From: a virus
IMG/VR virus record: IMGVR_UViG_3300007169_000025
Span: 32,001 to 96,000 of that record
Direction: 5' to 3' (one strand)
DNA: 64,000 nt
In this document: in pieces, positions 48,608 through 58,405 of the stretch
Layout of the letters: every line of letters starts with the position of its first letter
Position numbering within the stretch: position 1 is the stretch's first letter
Made by a program: the position numbers and the translations under genes
The notes under the pieces: generated by a model
What the model was told of the DNA's origin: nothing
Seen by the model: the letters and a program-made list of their open reading frames with translations, nothing else
Database searches by the model: none

Positions 48608-50065
48608 ATGCAGAAGGTTACATTAGAAATCCGCGATGAAGTTAATGTTAGGTTCGTTGGGCTTGATCCTAGAACCCGACGTAAGATTTCGGATGCAGTA
48701 AAATACTTCTTGCCCTATGCTAGGCATATGCCTGCTTTTAAATTAGGCAGGTGGGACGGCTGCATTAGATATTGTGATATTGGCGGCCGCACCTATTTCA
48801 ATCTGTTAGATAAACTATTGCCTCTAGTGGTTGAGGAAGGGTACGATATCGAACTCAACGATATGCGTACTAAATGGAACTTTGAGTTTAGTGCTGTAGG
48901 GCAACTGGACTATGAACACATTCCATGGCCTAAGAATCATCCAAATGCCGGTGAGCCGATTATACTCAGAGATTATCAAGTAGAGGTAATCAATCGCTTT
49001 CTTGATACCCCACAATGTTTGCAGCAGATTGCTACAGGCGCAGGCAAGACAATCATTACAGCGGTCCTAAGTCATCGCTGTGAACCATATGGGCGTACAA
49101 TTGTAATTGTTCCTAACAAAGACCTTGTTGTACAGACAGAGCGAGATTATATCAACTTGGGTCTCGATGTTGGTGTTTACTTTGGTGATAGAAAAGACTT
49201 TGGTAAAACCCATACTATCTGTACATGGCAGAGCTTAGACATTTTAGAAAAAGCCACAAAAGCAGGCACTGCCAATGTCACAATTGATGAGTTCTTAGAA
49301 GGTGTAGTATGTGTAATGGTTGACGAAGTGCATAAAGCAAAAGCTGATGTACTTCGTGATCAGTTGGGTGGCATGTTCCGTAATGTACCAATTCGTTGGG
49401 GTCTAACAGGTACTATTCCTAAAGATGAATACGAAGCAGTTGGGTGTGTTTGTGCTATTGGGCCTGTGGTTGGTAACCTGAGTAGTAAAGAACTTCAGGA
49501 CATGGGTGTATTAGCTGACTTGGATATTAATATCCTGCAACTACAAGACGGCCAATTAGGTTTTAATAGTTACGCTCAAGAACTAAAATGGCTGCTCACA
49601 GATCCAACTAGAATTGACCATATCAGTGAAATAGTCAACGGACTAAGTACTGGTGGCAATACACTTGTCCTGATTGATAGAATTAAAACAGGCGAAATGT
49701 TATTAGAGCGTAATCCAGATTGGGTTTTCATTAGCGGTGAAATGAAAACCACCGATCGGCAAAGGGAATATGCTGAAGTAAGCGAAATGAATAATAAGGT
49801 TATTGTTGCTACCTATGGTGTTGCTGCCGTAGGTATTAACATTCCTCGCATCTTTAATCTTGTTATGATTGAGCCAGGTAAGAGCTTTGTCCGTGTTATT
49901 CAGAGCATCGGCCGCGGCATTCGTAAAGCCGAAGATAAAGATTATGTTCAAGTTGTTGACCTTACTAGCAATTTAAAGTATAGTAAGAGACATTTGGCAC
50001 ATCGTAAAGCCTATTACAAGGAGCAAAACTTTAGACATCAAACAACTAAGGTTGAATACAAATGA
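48608..50065 (+). CDS. uvsW: SF2 DNA helicase UvsW-like
   Basis: LRDYQ, ATGAGKT, DEVH, GLTGT and QSIGRGIR motifs. Confidence 0.9.
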   Translation: MQKVTLEIRDEVNVRFVGLDPRTRRKISDAVKYFLPYARHMPAFKLGRWDGCIRYCDIGGRTYFNLLDKLLPLVVEEGYDIELNDMRTKWNFEFSAVGQLDYEHIPWPKNHPNAGEPIILRDYQVEVINRFLDTPQCLQQIATGAGKTIITAVLSHRCEPYGRTIVIVPNKDLVVQTERDYINLGLDVGVYFGDRKDFGKTHTICTWQSLDILEKATKAGTANVTIDEFLEGVVCVMVDEVHKAKADVLRDQLGGMFRNVPIRWGLTGTIPKDEYEAVGCVCAIGPVVGNLSSKELQDMGVLADLDINILQLQDGQLGFNSYAQELKWLLTDPTRIDHISEIVNGLSTGGNTLVLIDRIKTGEMLLERNPDWVFISGEMKTTDRQREYAEVSEMNNKVIVATYGVAAVGINIPRIFNLVMIEPGKSFVRVIQSIGRGIRKAEDKDYVQVVDLTSNLKYSKRHLAHRKAYYKEQNFRHQTTKVEYK

Positions 50066-50346
50066 CACGAGACGAATATAGAAACCTCACAGATACTGAC
50101 CGTGCGTTTTTAAAACTTGAGGGTCGCTGCATAGGATGTGGTTGCCAGCTAAAAAATCAGGTGTTTATTGTACATAGTGAATGGTGTAGTAACAGCCCAA
50201 AACTATCATTTGCTTATAACTGGGACCGAGGTAGTAATAGGATTGTAGTAGATAAATCACGTCGGCAAGGTAAGAGCGTGATTGCTAATATGGTAAAAGA
50301 ATTTAACAAACTATTTGGAAAACAAAATGAAAATATTAACAGTTGA
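50062..50346 (+). CDS. Hypothetical protein with CxxC..H..C
   Basis: Overlapping start/stop with both neighbours. Confidence 0.5.
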   Translation: MTRDEYRNLTDTDRAFLKLEGRCIGCGCQLKNQVFIVHSEWCSNSPKLSFAYNWDRGSNRIVVDKSRRQGKSVIANMVKEFNKLFGKQNENINS

Positions 50347-50827
50347 TAACAACCCCTATGATTTAGATACTGTACCAGACGAAATTGAAGATGTTCGCTA
50401 TTGTGTACTTGATGCTAGTGATCCTACTTACATCGACTATTATTTCTTACCCCTGATCTTTTTGGAGAGCTTCCATGCTCCTGCTATTTGTTTGCAGATA
50501 GGTAAACATAGTTTGCAAATGCCAATGGATTGGAGTATCGTAATCTGCGACGAGGATTATACTGCGGTTGAAGTTATCCCCTTAGCAAGTCTAAATAACA
50601 GAGGCTTTCGTTGTCTAGCACTTAATCCAATGGTAAGTAACTCACTTACCAGCTATGAAATTTCCATTACAAATATCTTCCAAGATGTAAAATGGTATTT
50701 CCCAAAGCTAAAGAACGGACATGTATTAGCTGTACCGTTAGAGAACAAAGGTAAACCTTTGTGTGCGTTCTTTGTTAAAGAGCTAAACAAAGTTTGTGAT
50801 TTACAAGTTGGAGATCTAGTTGGATGA
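50327..50827 (+). CDS. Conserved hypothetical protein
   Basis: 166-aa ORF coupled to its neighbours. Confidence 0.65.
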   Translation: MKILTVDNNPYDLDTVPDEIEDVRYCVLDASDPTYIDYYFLPLIFLESFHAPAICLQIGKHSLQMPMDWSIVICDEDYTAVEVIPLASLNNRGFRCLALNPMVSNSLTSYEISITNIFQDVKWYFPKLKNGHVLAVPLENKGKPLCAFFVKELNKVCDLQVGDLVG

Positions 50828-51300
50828 CAAAGATCAAGAAAGAGCCTGCTATCCCGTTAAAGGATATTATGGCAGCTCTTGATCGTAAGGATCGGGGGTT
50901 CTATGATAGATTGTCTGACGAGCAGAAGAAAGCATTTGTGCCCTGGATGATGATGCGCTATGCTAGCAGCGCACAAGGCCGTAATGCTGCTCATTACTTG
51001 TTTATGGTTAATGAACTTGTTAACAAAAACTTCAGTGACGTTAGCAAGCATCCTGAACTACAGTGGCTACTAATGACCGCAGCAGGTTCTGGTAAGGTAG
51101 AATTTCATCCTTATATCAAGCCGCCAAATAGTAAGAAAAAGAAAGATAAGCTCAGCGAGTTTGTTTATAGCATATATCCTAATTTTAAAAGGGATGACTT
51201 AGAACTATTCATAGCATTAAATAGTAAGGATGAATTGAAAGAATTAGCAAAAGCGCATGGATATGACGACAAGACTATTGCAGACATCTTTGGAAAGTGA
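50824..51300 (+). CDS. Clamp-loader small subunit (gp62-like)
   Basis: F.PWMMMRY.S..Y...VNE..N....KHPELQW.L pattern. Confidence 0.6.
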   Translation: MTKIKKEPAIPLKDIMAALDRKDRGFYDRLSDEQKKAFVPWMMMRYASSAQGRNAAHYLFMVNELVNKNFSDVSKHPELQWLLMTAAGSGKVEFHPYIKPPNSKKKKDKLSEFVYSIYPNFKRDDLELFIALNSKDELKELAKAHGYDDKTIADIFGK

Positions 51301-51970
51301 CACTACATGTAAGTGGTGTGAGAAAGAGTTTCGTAACGAGCGAACTCTATCAGCTCACATGTGCCCAAAGAAGCGCCGCTGGGCAGATAGAGAAATGACG
51401 CATGTACGATTGGGCTTCCGTGTATTTCAAATGTTTTATGAATTGAGTACTACAGCAAGTAAACCTAAAACCATAGAGGACTTTATTCGCAGTCAGTACT
51501 ACGAAGCATTTGTAAAGTTTGGTCGTAGCTGTGTACGCAATGAATATCTAGAACCAGAAAAATTCGCAGAATGGTTAATTAAGAATGGTAAGAAGCTAGC
51601 CGATTGGAGTAAGGATAGTTTGTATGACGAATTCTTACTTGAGTATGTAAAGAAAGAAACAGGCATCAGGGCACTGGAACGAAGCATATTGTATCTTGCT
51701 GAATGGTCGGAAGATAACAGTTGCGATTGGCAAGATTATTTTAAGGTAGTTAGCACCCCTCGAGCAGTACATGATATTAGGGCAGCAAAGATATCGCCCT
51801 GGTTATTGTATCTGAGTGACACTGGTAGAGAACTACTCACTAGATTTAACGATGAACAAGTTAAAATGATAAATCATATTATTGATGCTAAGTTCTGGTT
51901 CAAGGTCTTTGCAAAAAATACCGAAGAAGTAGAAGAAGTCAAAACAGCATGTGAGACTGCAGGAATCTAG
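51257..51970 (+). CDS. Hypothetical protein with N-terminal zinc finger
   Basis: CKWC-x12-HMC near the N-terminus. Confidence 0.65.
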   Translation: MDMTTRLLQTSLESDTTCKWCEKEFRNERTLSAHMCPKKRRWADREMTHVRLGFRVFQMFYELSTTASKPKTIEDFIRSQYYEAFVKFGRSCVRNEYLEPEKFAEWLIKNGKKLADWSKDSLYDEFLLEYVKKETGIRALERSILYLAEWSEDNSCDWQDYFKVVSTPRAVHDIRAAKISPWLLYLSDTGRELLTRFNDEQVKMINHIIDAKFWFKVFAKNTEEVEEVKTACETAGI

Positions 51971-52927
51971 TTGAGAGAATCTATGAAATTATCAATAAAA
52001 GAAGTAGTTTCTATTGCTGGATCTAGAGTAGACAATCCTCATAGAGGTTTTCCTGAGCGAAATTCGTCTCGATATATCGAGCAGTATTTTAAACCTTATT
52101 TTGAACCAAAGTTTAAAATAGACTTTGACACAACTAAGCCGATATATACTATTGGATCTTGCTTTGCTCGTGAAATTGAGGATTGTCTACACGAGCTAGG
52201 ATATAATGTTCCTACAAAAAGATACAAGGCTCCAGAAGAAATTGCACAAGGTGGCCGACCAAATTTTGGACTCAATCAATTTAACCCCGGCTGTATAGGA
52301 CAAACTATCCTAGCAGCATTAAGTGATAAAACAATACAACCTTGTATATATCGTACCAAACAGGGTGAATTGATAGATCTCTTATTGGTTGGTTCACCCG
52401 CAGTATCAGCTAATAGAATATTTCAGCGCCATACAGAAATCTCTAAGTTATATGAGGGCTTAAAGACTGCAGAATGTCTTGTTTTAACATTGGGACTCAC
52501 TGAGTGTTGGTATGATACTGAAAATAATGTATGGTTAAATCGTGCCCCGCCCCTAGATGAACAGACTCTAAACAGTGATAGATTTGAATTTAGGATACTA
52601 GATTATAACGAGTGTATTGAGGCGTTGGAACCAGCACTTTCTATACTTGATGATTTAAAAATTAAAACAGTAATAACAGTATCTCCAGTACCGTTGCAAA
52701 CTACTTTTACAAACAGTGATTGTGTTGTTGCAAATGAGTTTGGCAAGTCAACTTTGAGAGCAGTAGCAGGACATTTTACTAATAAATATAACTATATGGA
52801 CTATTTCCCCGCATATGAAATGATCAGACATTTAGGAACAAATGCATATAGGGAAGATAATATTCATGTTAGTTTAGAATTAGTAAAAATCATAACAGAT
52901 TTTATGATTAACAGTTATAGTAAGTAG
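51971..52927 (+). CDS. GSCFA-family (SGNH-like) protein
   Basis: IGSCFA, LTLGLTE, TVSPVPL, YFPAYE and D..H motifs. Confidence 0.85.
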   Translation: MRESMKLSIKEVVSIAGSRVDNPHRGFPERNSSRYIEQYFKPYFEPKFKIDFDTTKPIYTIGSCFAREIEDCLHELGYNVPTKRYKAPEEIAQGGRPNFGLNQFNPGCIGQTILAALSDKTIQPCIYRTKQGELIDLLLVGSPAVSANRIFQRHTEISKLYEGLKTAECLVLTLGLTECWYDTENNVWLNRAPPLDEQTLNSDRFEFRILDYNECIEALEPALSILDDLKIKTVITVSPVPLQTTFTNSDCVVANEFGKSTLRAVAGHFTNKYNYMDYFPAYEMIRHLGTNAYREDNIHVSLELVKIITDFMINSYSK

Positions 52928-52937
52928 AGATAATTTT

Positions 52938-53717
52938 ATGAAAGACAATTTAACAATTAAAGATATAGGACTTGAAGTAATCAAGTGGCCTATTACAAAA
53001 GTTAGAGTTGGTAAAGTTGACGACCGCTGGCTAGTTGAATATCGTAGAAAAGCAAAATGGGTACTTGACCGTTGGTGGTGGTTTGATGATGGTAAGTATA
53101 TTGACTATCGTGAAGCAGTCGCCCGGGCGCAGGCTATAGCCGCCGCAGGATATATAACAACTATTAGAAACGCCACACCAACTTTTGATGTAACACCATA
53201 TGATCCGGATGAACCGTTGGTTGCGTCAGTACCAGCACCGCCAGCACCTCAGGTAGTAAAGCGTGTTGTTACAAAGCAAGCCGCAGCCGCAGCCGCCGCC
53301 CCGGGGTTTGCTGCATGGAAGGCGACTCAAGGGGTTGACTTAGACGGTGACGGGGATATTGACGAGGATGACTTTAAGTTGTATAATGCAGGTGATCGTT
53401 GGGATGCAGCCTCATCTGGATGGGACAATCCTCAAGATTTAGACGGCGATGGCGACATTGATGAAGATGATTATCGTCTATATGAAGCAGCAAAGCGATG
53501 GGAAGATAAGGGTTGGGAAAATCCTGAGGACTTAGACGGCGATGGCGACATTGATGAAGATGACTATAAGCTGTATGAATCCGCAAAGCGTTGGGAAGAA
53601 CTTGGGTGGGATAATCCTGAGGATTTGAACAACGACGGTATCATTGACATTGAGGATTATAAGTTATATGTTCAGGGCGACCGTTGGGACAACGAAAAGG
53701 ATAAAGGTAATGAATAA
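52938..53717 (+). CDS. Protein with four EF-hand/dockerin-like Ca2+-binding repeats
   Basis: DLDGDGDIDEDD x3 plus DLNNDGIIDIED, spaced 31-33 aa apart. Confidence 0.75.
   Translation: MKDNLTIKDIGLEVIKWPITKVRVGKVDDRWLVEYRRKAKWVLDRWWWFDDGKYIDYREAVARAQAIAAAGYITTIRNATPTFDVTPYDPDEPLVASVPAPPAPQVVKRVVTKQAAAAAAAPGFAAWKATQGVDLDGDGDIDEDDFKLYNAGDRWDAASSGWDNPQDLDGDGDIDEDDYRLYEAAKRWEDKGWENPEDLDGDGDIDEDDYKLYESAKRWEELGWDNPEDLNNDGIIDIEDYKLYVQGDRWDNEKDKGNE
53340..53670 (+). repeat. Tandem 93-99 nt intragenic repeats
   Basis: The identical 32-mer ttagacggcgatggcgacattgatgaagatga occurs at 53439 and 53532; diverged copies start at 53340 and 53625. Confidence 0.85.
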
Positions 53718-53868
53718 CGACAAACCGAGAGCAATTTTTAGTATTGAAGATCTAGACATCATTAAAGAAGCATTATTATTTTATGTGCAGGTTGCCGATG
53801 ACCTAGAACCTACATTACAAAGAAAGATTGTTAATCTAACACACAGACTAAACCGAGGTAAAAAGTGA
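53710..53868 (+). CDS. Small hypothetical protein
   Basis: Start/stop overlaps on both sides. Confidence 0.55.
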   Translation: MNNDKPRAIFSIEDLDIIKEALLFYVQVADDLEPTLQRKIVNLTHRLNRGKK

Positions 53869-54530
53869 GCGAAGTAAATTTAATTGGCGTAACCAAGCCT
53901 AGTGCTATTACAGATTGTCATACTCCTGGTGATCTAGTTGCATATGCAGCACGAGTTAGCAATCCGGCTAACCAAAGCAACACACAAACTGCACCAAAGC
54001 TGCTAAAGTATCTCATCAAGCACAAGCACTGGAGTCCATTTGAGATGGTGCATATCACAATGGAAATTAAGACCACACGTGATATTGCTCGTCAGATTCT
54101 ACGCCATCGTAGTTTTGCTTTCCAAGAATTCAGTCAGCGTTATGCTGTAGCAGAGAATGTAGGCTGTAAGCGCGAAGCACGTCTACAAGACGAAAAGAAC
54201 CGCCAGAACTCGGTTGAGGTTAATGATCCAGAGCTACAAGAAAGCTGGAACATGGAACAGGCTAAGGTTCGTAATGCTGCCATGAACGCATATAAGTGGG
54301 CACTGGATAAAGGTATTGCCAAGGAGCAAGCTCGTGCAGTACTGCCAGAGGGCTTAACTGAAAGCACACTTTACATGGCCGGCAGTTTGCGTTCTTGGAT
54401 TCATTATATCGATCTTCGTGCAGCAAATGGCACACAAAAAGAACACATGATCATTGCAGAGCAATGCAAGAAGATTGTGCTAGAACATTTTCCAATGCTA
54501 GACGAGTACTGGGCTGATGCTGAAGGTTAA
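53865..54530 (+). CDS. thyX: Flavin-dependent thymidylate synthase
   Basis: HWSPFE, QILRHRS..FQEFSQRY and EQARAVLP motifs. Confidence 0.96.
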   Translation: MSEVNLIGVTKPSAITDCHTPGDLVAYAARVSNPANQSNTQTAPKLLKYLIKHKHWSPFEMVHITMEIKTTRDIARQILRHRSFAFQEFSQRYAVAENVGCKREARLQDEKNRQNSVEVNDPELQESWNMEQAKVRNAAMNAYKWALDKGIAKEQARAVLPEGLTESTLYMAGSLRSWIHYIDLRAANGTQKEHMIIAEQCKKIVLEHFPMLDEYWADAEG

Positions 54531-54684
54531 TACACCAGACGAAGCCGTCATTAGACTTCATGATATTGCTCGGCTAATTGAGCGATCATACTCTGATCCT
54601 GTTGGAGTTAACCTTGCAAAAGAAATTCGCTCTGTAGCAGACGAGCTAAATGAACTGATTAAAGATCGTGACAGCAAAAATTGA
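54517..54684 (+). CDS. Small helical hypothetical protein (55 aa, not in ORF track)
   Basis: MLKVNTPDEAVIRLHDIARLIERS...; bridges thyX and the mini-DnaE with overlaps. Confidence 0.55.
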   Translation: MLKVNTPDEAVIRLHDIARLIERSYSDPVGVNLAKEIRSVADELNELIKDRDSKN

Positions 54685-55255
54685 TTTTGACGTAGATATT
54701 GATATGGCTAACCGTGAGGACTTCTTGCGGTTAGTTAATCACATACCTGCTAGCATTAAAGCAGATGACGGCACTTATTCAAAACATAACACCGGAGTCT
54801 ACTTTCAAACTATTCCTACTTTTCCGTTAGAGGGATTCAGCAGCATTGATTATGAAACTGCCGAAGAAGATGGTTGGTTTAAAGTAGACATCCTAAACAA
54901 TGGCATTTATAAAGATGTGAGGGACGAAGCACATCTTACACAACTAATGGAAGTAGAGCCCTTATGGGAACTGCTTGAGCATGAAGAATTTGTTGAAAAA
55001 TTATTTCATATTAGTAACTATTCAAATATTCTAGCGCAGTACAAGCCTACTAGTGTCGAACAGTTAGCTATGATTTTAGCAATTATTCGCCCGGGTAAAA
55101 AGCATCTAATTGGTAAGAGTTGGGAAGATATTGCCAAACAGGTATGGGTGAAACCCACTGATGGCAGTTACTATTTTAAGCACAGTCACGCTATAGCATA
55201 TGCTGTTGCTATTGTTGTGCAAATGAATTTAATTTGTGAATCGGCTTACGCTTAA
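54668..55255 (+). CDS. Miniature DNA polymerase III alpha (DnaE, family C) catalytic core
   Basis: Collinear DnaE motifs DFDVDID, KHNTGVY, GWFKVDIL, KP.S...LAIIRPG and YYFKHSHAIAY in only 195 aa. Confidence 0.82.
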   Translation: MTAKIDFDVDIDMANREDFLRLVNHIPASIKADDGTYSKHNTGVYFQTIPTFPLEGFSSIDYETAEEDGWFKVDILNNGIYKDVRDEAHLTQLMEVEPLWELLEHEEFVEKLFHISNYSNILAQYKPTSVEQLAMILAIIRPGKKHLIGKSWEDIAKQVWVKPTDGSYYFKHSHAIAYAVAIVVQMNLICESAYA

Positions 55256-55629
55256 CTAGTCTTGCGTATTAGTTGAATACTACGCCGTTTGATTCGCTTC
55301 TTTAATAGATTCTGTAGGCTTGTAACTGGCCCAAATAGTATTTCAACGTCTTTAAAAGTAAACGTTTTTAAATAAGGATGAAACGGTCGCATTTCGTAAT
55401 GTAGAAATACATCTATAGGTATTTGCCTATTACTTTCCCACCACCAAACTTCACCTAACTCAAGAAACTCTTTTTTAACTTGTAATGTGGGCATTGCATC
55501 TACGTCGTAGAATGTAATAATGCTGTTATCGTGGTTTACAACAATGCCTAAATATTCTTGTCCGCAGTATGAAATTCCTGTTAGAAATTCTAGCTCGTTA
55601 TAATTACTAATATTAGTTTTATCAATCAT
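55252..55629 (-). CDS. Conserved hypothetical protein
   Basis: 125-aa ORF (WWWESNRQIPI); GGTAAATA 6 nt upstream of the ATG. Confidence 0.7.
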   Translation of the reverse strand: MIDKTNISNYNELEFLTGISYCGQEYLGIVVNHDNSIITFYDVDAMPTLQVKKEFLELGEVWWWESNRQIPIDVFLHYEMRPFHPYLKTFTFKDVEILFGPVTSLQNLLKKRIKRRSIQLIRKTS

Positions 55630-55703
55630 TAAAATTATTTACCAAAAATGCTCTGTTAACTTCTACAGATTTTGAATCGCTGTCAAATGTGATAAATACT
55701 GTT

Positions 55704-56513
55704 ATGAGCAGCTACGGTGACCAAAAACTATACCTTTACGATGATGTAATAGAGCTTGTTGTCACTGTGGATAATATTTATGTGGACAACAGACCTATGA
55801 ACCTAAGAAAGCTGGTAGCCCATAAGGGTTTAACAAATACAATTTTGTTTAATATAAGGGATCGCGATCGCAGATTACAAAATGTATTTTCTGATACGTT
55901 GCGTATCTATATGGTACATCCTACTACTAAACGAAGAATTTTTACCAAGCCCTTAGTTAATACTTCAGATGTAGGTAAAGTAAAGCTAGTACTTGAAGAA
56001 GCTGATTTAGCAAATATTGAATCAGGCTTATATACACTTTATGTTACCCGCAGTACACAAGAAAATGAGAATTTGCCAGTTTACAACGATCAAAATAACA
56101 ACATTAAATTTGATATTGAGATCACAGACCAAACTGGAGAAGAACCTGTTCCTACCCAAGCGGAACTTACTTTTACACAAACAGCAAATACAATGTTAGG
56201 CGATACATCCAATGTTATTGTTAGTAGCGCACTTTACGGTAATTTGGATCGTAATTTCCCTAACGCCCAACATAGTATTGCATTTTACACCACACAGTAT
56301 ACAGGGAATATAACAATACAAGCAAGTTGTTTGCTTGGTGTTCCGGACCTAGATGATGCTAGTAGCGATTGGTTCAACGTTGAAACAATTGCGCTCAGTA
56401 ACAGTAGTGTTGTTAAGCACCATACATTTAATGTTAACTGCAATTGGATTCGTGTTAAACACACACCAGACGACACAAATGGAACACTAGATAAAATCCT
56501 ACTAAGAAATTAA
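55704..56513 (+). CDS. Putative virion structural (beta-sandwich) protein
   Basis: GATAAATA (55691) lies 5 nt before ATG 55704; C-terminal G.ITIQAS..DWF..WIRV..G.LDKILLR motif. Confidence 0.6.
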   Translation: MSSYGDQKLYLYDDVIELVVTVDNIYVDNRPMNLRKLVAHKGLTNTILFNIRDRDRRLQNVFSDTLRIYMVHPTTKRRIFTKPLVNTSDVGKVKLVLEEADLANIESGLYTLYVTRSTQENENLPVYNDQNNNIKFDIEITDQTGEEPVPTQAELTFTQTANTMLGDTSNVIVSSALYGNLDRNFPNAQHSIAFYTTQYTGNITIQASCLLGVPDLDDASSDWFNVETIALSNSSVVKHHTFNVNCNWIRVKHTPDDTNGTLDKILLRN

Positions 56514-56525
56514 AGGCGGTGTCAC

Positions 56526-56855
56526 ATGGATAAAATTGAATTAGAAAGAGCTAGACTGATTAATTGGATTCTTAGAATTGTAATCACAATCCTAAGCACA
56601 ATCCTGGTAGCAGTAGTATTGGTGCTATTAATTGGTATCTTTATGCCAAATGAACAAATTGATAACAAGGATATTCTTGCAATTATCAATCCTGCGTTCA
56701 ATACTATTATTGGTGCGTTTGTTGGCTTACTAGCAGGCTTAACTGTTAGCAAAGGCGAAGCAGCAAAGGAACCTACAGTATTCCCTCCCCAACCTATTTC
56801 ACAATCACAGAACGTGGTTCATGAAGTGGTTGAAGAAGTAAAAGAAGAATTCTAA
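56526..56855 (+). CDS. Two-TM membrane protein
   Basis: Two hydrophobic helices, including PAFNTIIGAFVGLLAGL. Confidence 0.7.
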   Translation: MDKIELERARLINWILRIVITILSTILVAVVLVLLIGIFMPNEQIDNKDILAIINPAFNTIIGAFVGLLAGLTVSKGEAAKEPTVFPPQPISQSQNVVHEVVEEVKEEF

Positions 56856-56874
56856 TTTTTAGATCTTCTAGATT

Positions 56875-56900
56875 AAGTGCCGGTAACCCCGGCACTTTTT
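56875..56900 (+). terminator. Rho-independent terminator
   Basis: aagtgccgg-taacc-ccggcactt-ttt. Confidence 0.82.
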
Positions 56901-56901
56901 C

Positions 56902-56929
56902 TTGACTTTTTCTTACACGATGCTATAAT
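56902..56929 (+). promoter_or_regulatory. Sigma70-type promoter for the primase/helicase operon
   Basis: TTGACT-16 nt-TATAAT with a TG extension. Confidence 0.78.
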
Positions 56930-56958
56930 GTACTATAAAGCCTTAATAGGACATCAGC

Positions 56959-57435
56959 ATGGATATAAGTGTTTACGGTACTAAGAATAAGAAGCTAATC
57001 AGAGACCTCTCTGACGCAGCGGAATTTTATGCGAACATCTTGCTTGATCCTAGAATGGCAAGGTCCATCGAATTAGATATTGAGATAGAAAAATCGCTAG
57101 AAGTTGAAGGCATGATGATCAGCGAGGAAGATAAAAAGAATCCTCGATTTTTTACTATTCAACTTAGGAACAAAAAAACAGATGATGATATCTTTAAAAC
57201 CTTAGCACATGAGATGGTGCATCTAAAACAATATGCTAAGAATCAACTTTATAAAAAGTTTGTAACTGCAAAAAATAAAAAGGGTGAAACCTTACAGACT
57301 TCCTGGGAAGGAAATATTTGGAAACCTAAGCGTAATGAGCATAAGTACTTTGACAGTCCGTGGGAAGTAGAAGCATACGGTAGAGAAGTTGGTCTGTACC
57401 AGCGATGGGTAGAATATAAAAATTATGTCGATTGA
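56959..57435 (+). CDS. Zincin-like metallopeptidase
   Basis: TLAHEMVHLKQY (HExxH) and PWEVEAY. Confidence 0.82.
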   Translation: MDISVYGTKNKKLIRDLSDAAEFYANILLDPRMARSIELDIEIEKSLEVEGMMISEEDKKNPRFFTIQLRNKKTDDDIFKTLAHEMVHLKQYAKNQLYKKFVTAKNKKGETLQTSWEGNIWKPKRNEHKYFDSPWEVEAYGREVGLYQRWVEYKNYVD

Positions 57436-58405
57436 TACGGTAGTAGAAAAAGTACATAGACTACTATTAGATAATTTGCCTATTAGGACCACTCGTACTC
57501 CTAGTGGGTGGATGACTTTTGACTGCCCAATGTGTAACGATAAACGTAAGCGAGCCGGTATTATAACCAGCGGCGCAAAAATTTCTTATAACTGTTTTAA
57601 TTGTAAGTATACTACGGGTTGGAGTCCTACTCCTGGTATTGGTAAGCGTTACAGAGATTTAGCAATTAGATTAGGTGCAGATCAAAAGCAAATACATGAT
57701 GCTCAGATGGATCTGCTAAAGTACAGTGAAGAGCTTGAAAACGAAGAAATTGAAAATTATGTTTACAGTCTTAATAAGTTTAAGGTAATCGATCTTCCTG
57801 AACATGCAGTGATGATAGAAGATTTACCTGACGACCACGAAGTAAAAGTCTATGCTAAACAGCGTGGCTTATATGGATTGTATCCACTACTTTGGTTTGG
57901 CGCTGACCCATTGTATGCTAAACGATTAGTTGTACCATTTACATATAATGGTGAACTAGTTGGTTGGACTGCTAGACACATTAGTCCGCCTGATAAAAAA
58001 ACACCTAAATATTTGCATAAAATGAGCAGTGGATATGTCTTCAATGTAGATAGATTTGTTGATACTAAGCGCGAACTAGTAATTGTTGTTGAGGGTGTAG
58101 CTGATGCTATCATGATTGATGGTGTAGCAGTATTGGGCAATCATGTTACACCGGAGCAAGCTCATTTGATAAGCAAACTGGGTAATAGGATTATTTTATG
58201 TCCTGATCGCGATGACCCGGGCAAAGAGCTAATTGACGAAGCACTTGCGTTGGGTTGGGAGGTAAGTTTTCCTCCTTGGGAAGATGACATAAAAGATGCA
58301 AACGATGCTGCAAACAAATATGGTCGTTTGCTAACGGTAGCTAGTATTATTAAGCACGCCACAGATAATAAAATCAAAGCACAAGTTAAAGCAAAGATGT
58401 TATGA
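57425..58405 (+). CDS. DNA primase (gp61-like)
   Basis: CPMC..CFNC zinc ribbon; TOPRIM motifs VEG..DA and PDRD..G, plus KDAND. Confidence 0.9.
   Translation: MSIDTVVEKVHRLLLDNLPIRTTRTPSGWMTFDCPMCNDKRKRAGIITSGAKISYNCFNCKYTTGWSPTPGIGKRYRDLAIRLGADQKQIHDAQMDLLKYSEELENEEIENYVYSLNKFKVIDLPEHAVMIEDLPDDHEVKVYAKQRGLYGLYPLLWFGADPLYAKRLVVPFTYNGELVGWTARHISPPDKKTPKYLHKMSSGYVFNVDRFVDTKRELVIVVEGVADAIMIDGVAVLGNHVTPEQAHLISKLGNRIILCPDRDDPGKELIDEALALGWEVSFPPWEDDIKDANDAANKYGRLLTVASIIKHATDNKIKAQVKAKML

Noticed and set aside
53340-53670. Possible CRISPR array (32-nt identical repeats)
   Set aside because: The repeats are in-frame coding units with homologous intervening sequence, and no cas genes are present.
54668-55255. 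DnaE pseudogene
   Set aside because: No frameshifts or internal stops; all catalytic motifs are kept while the deletions are in frame.
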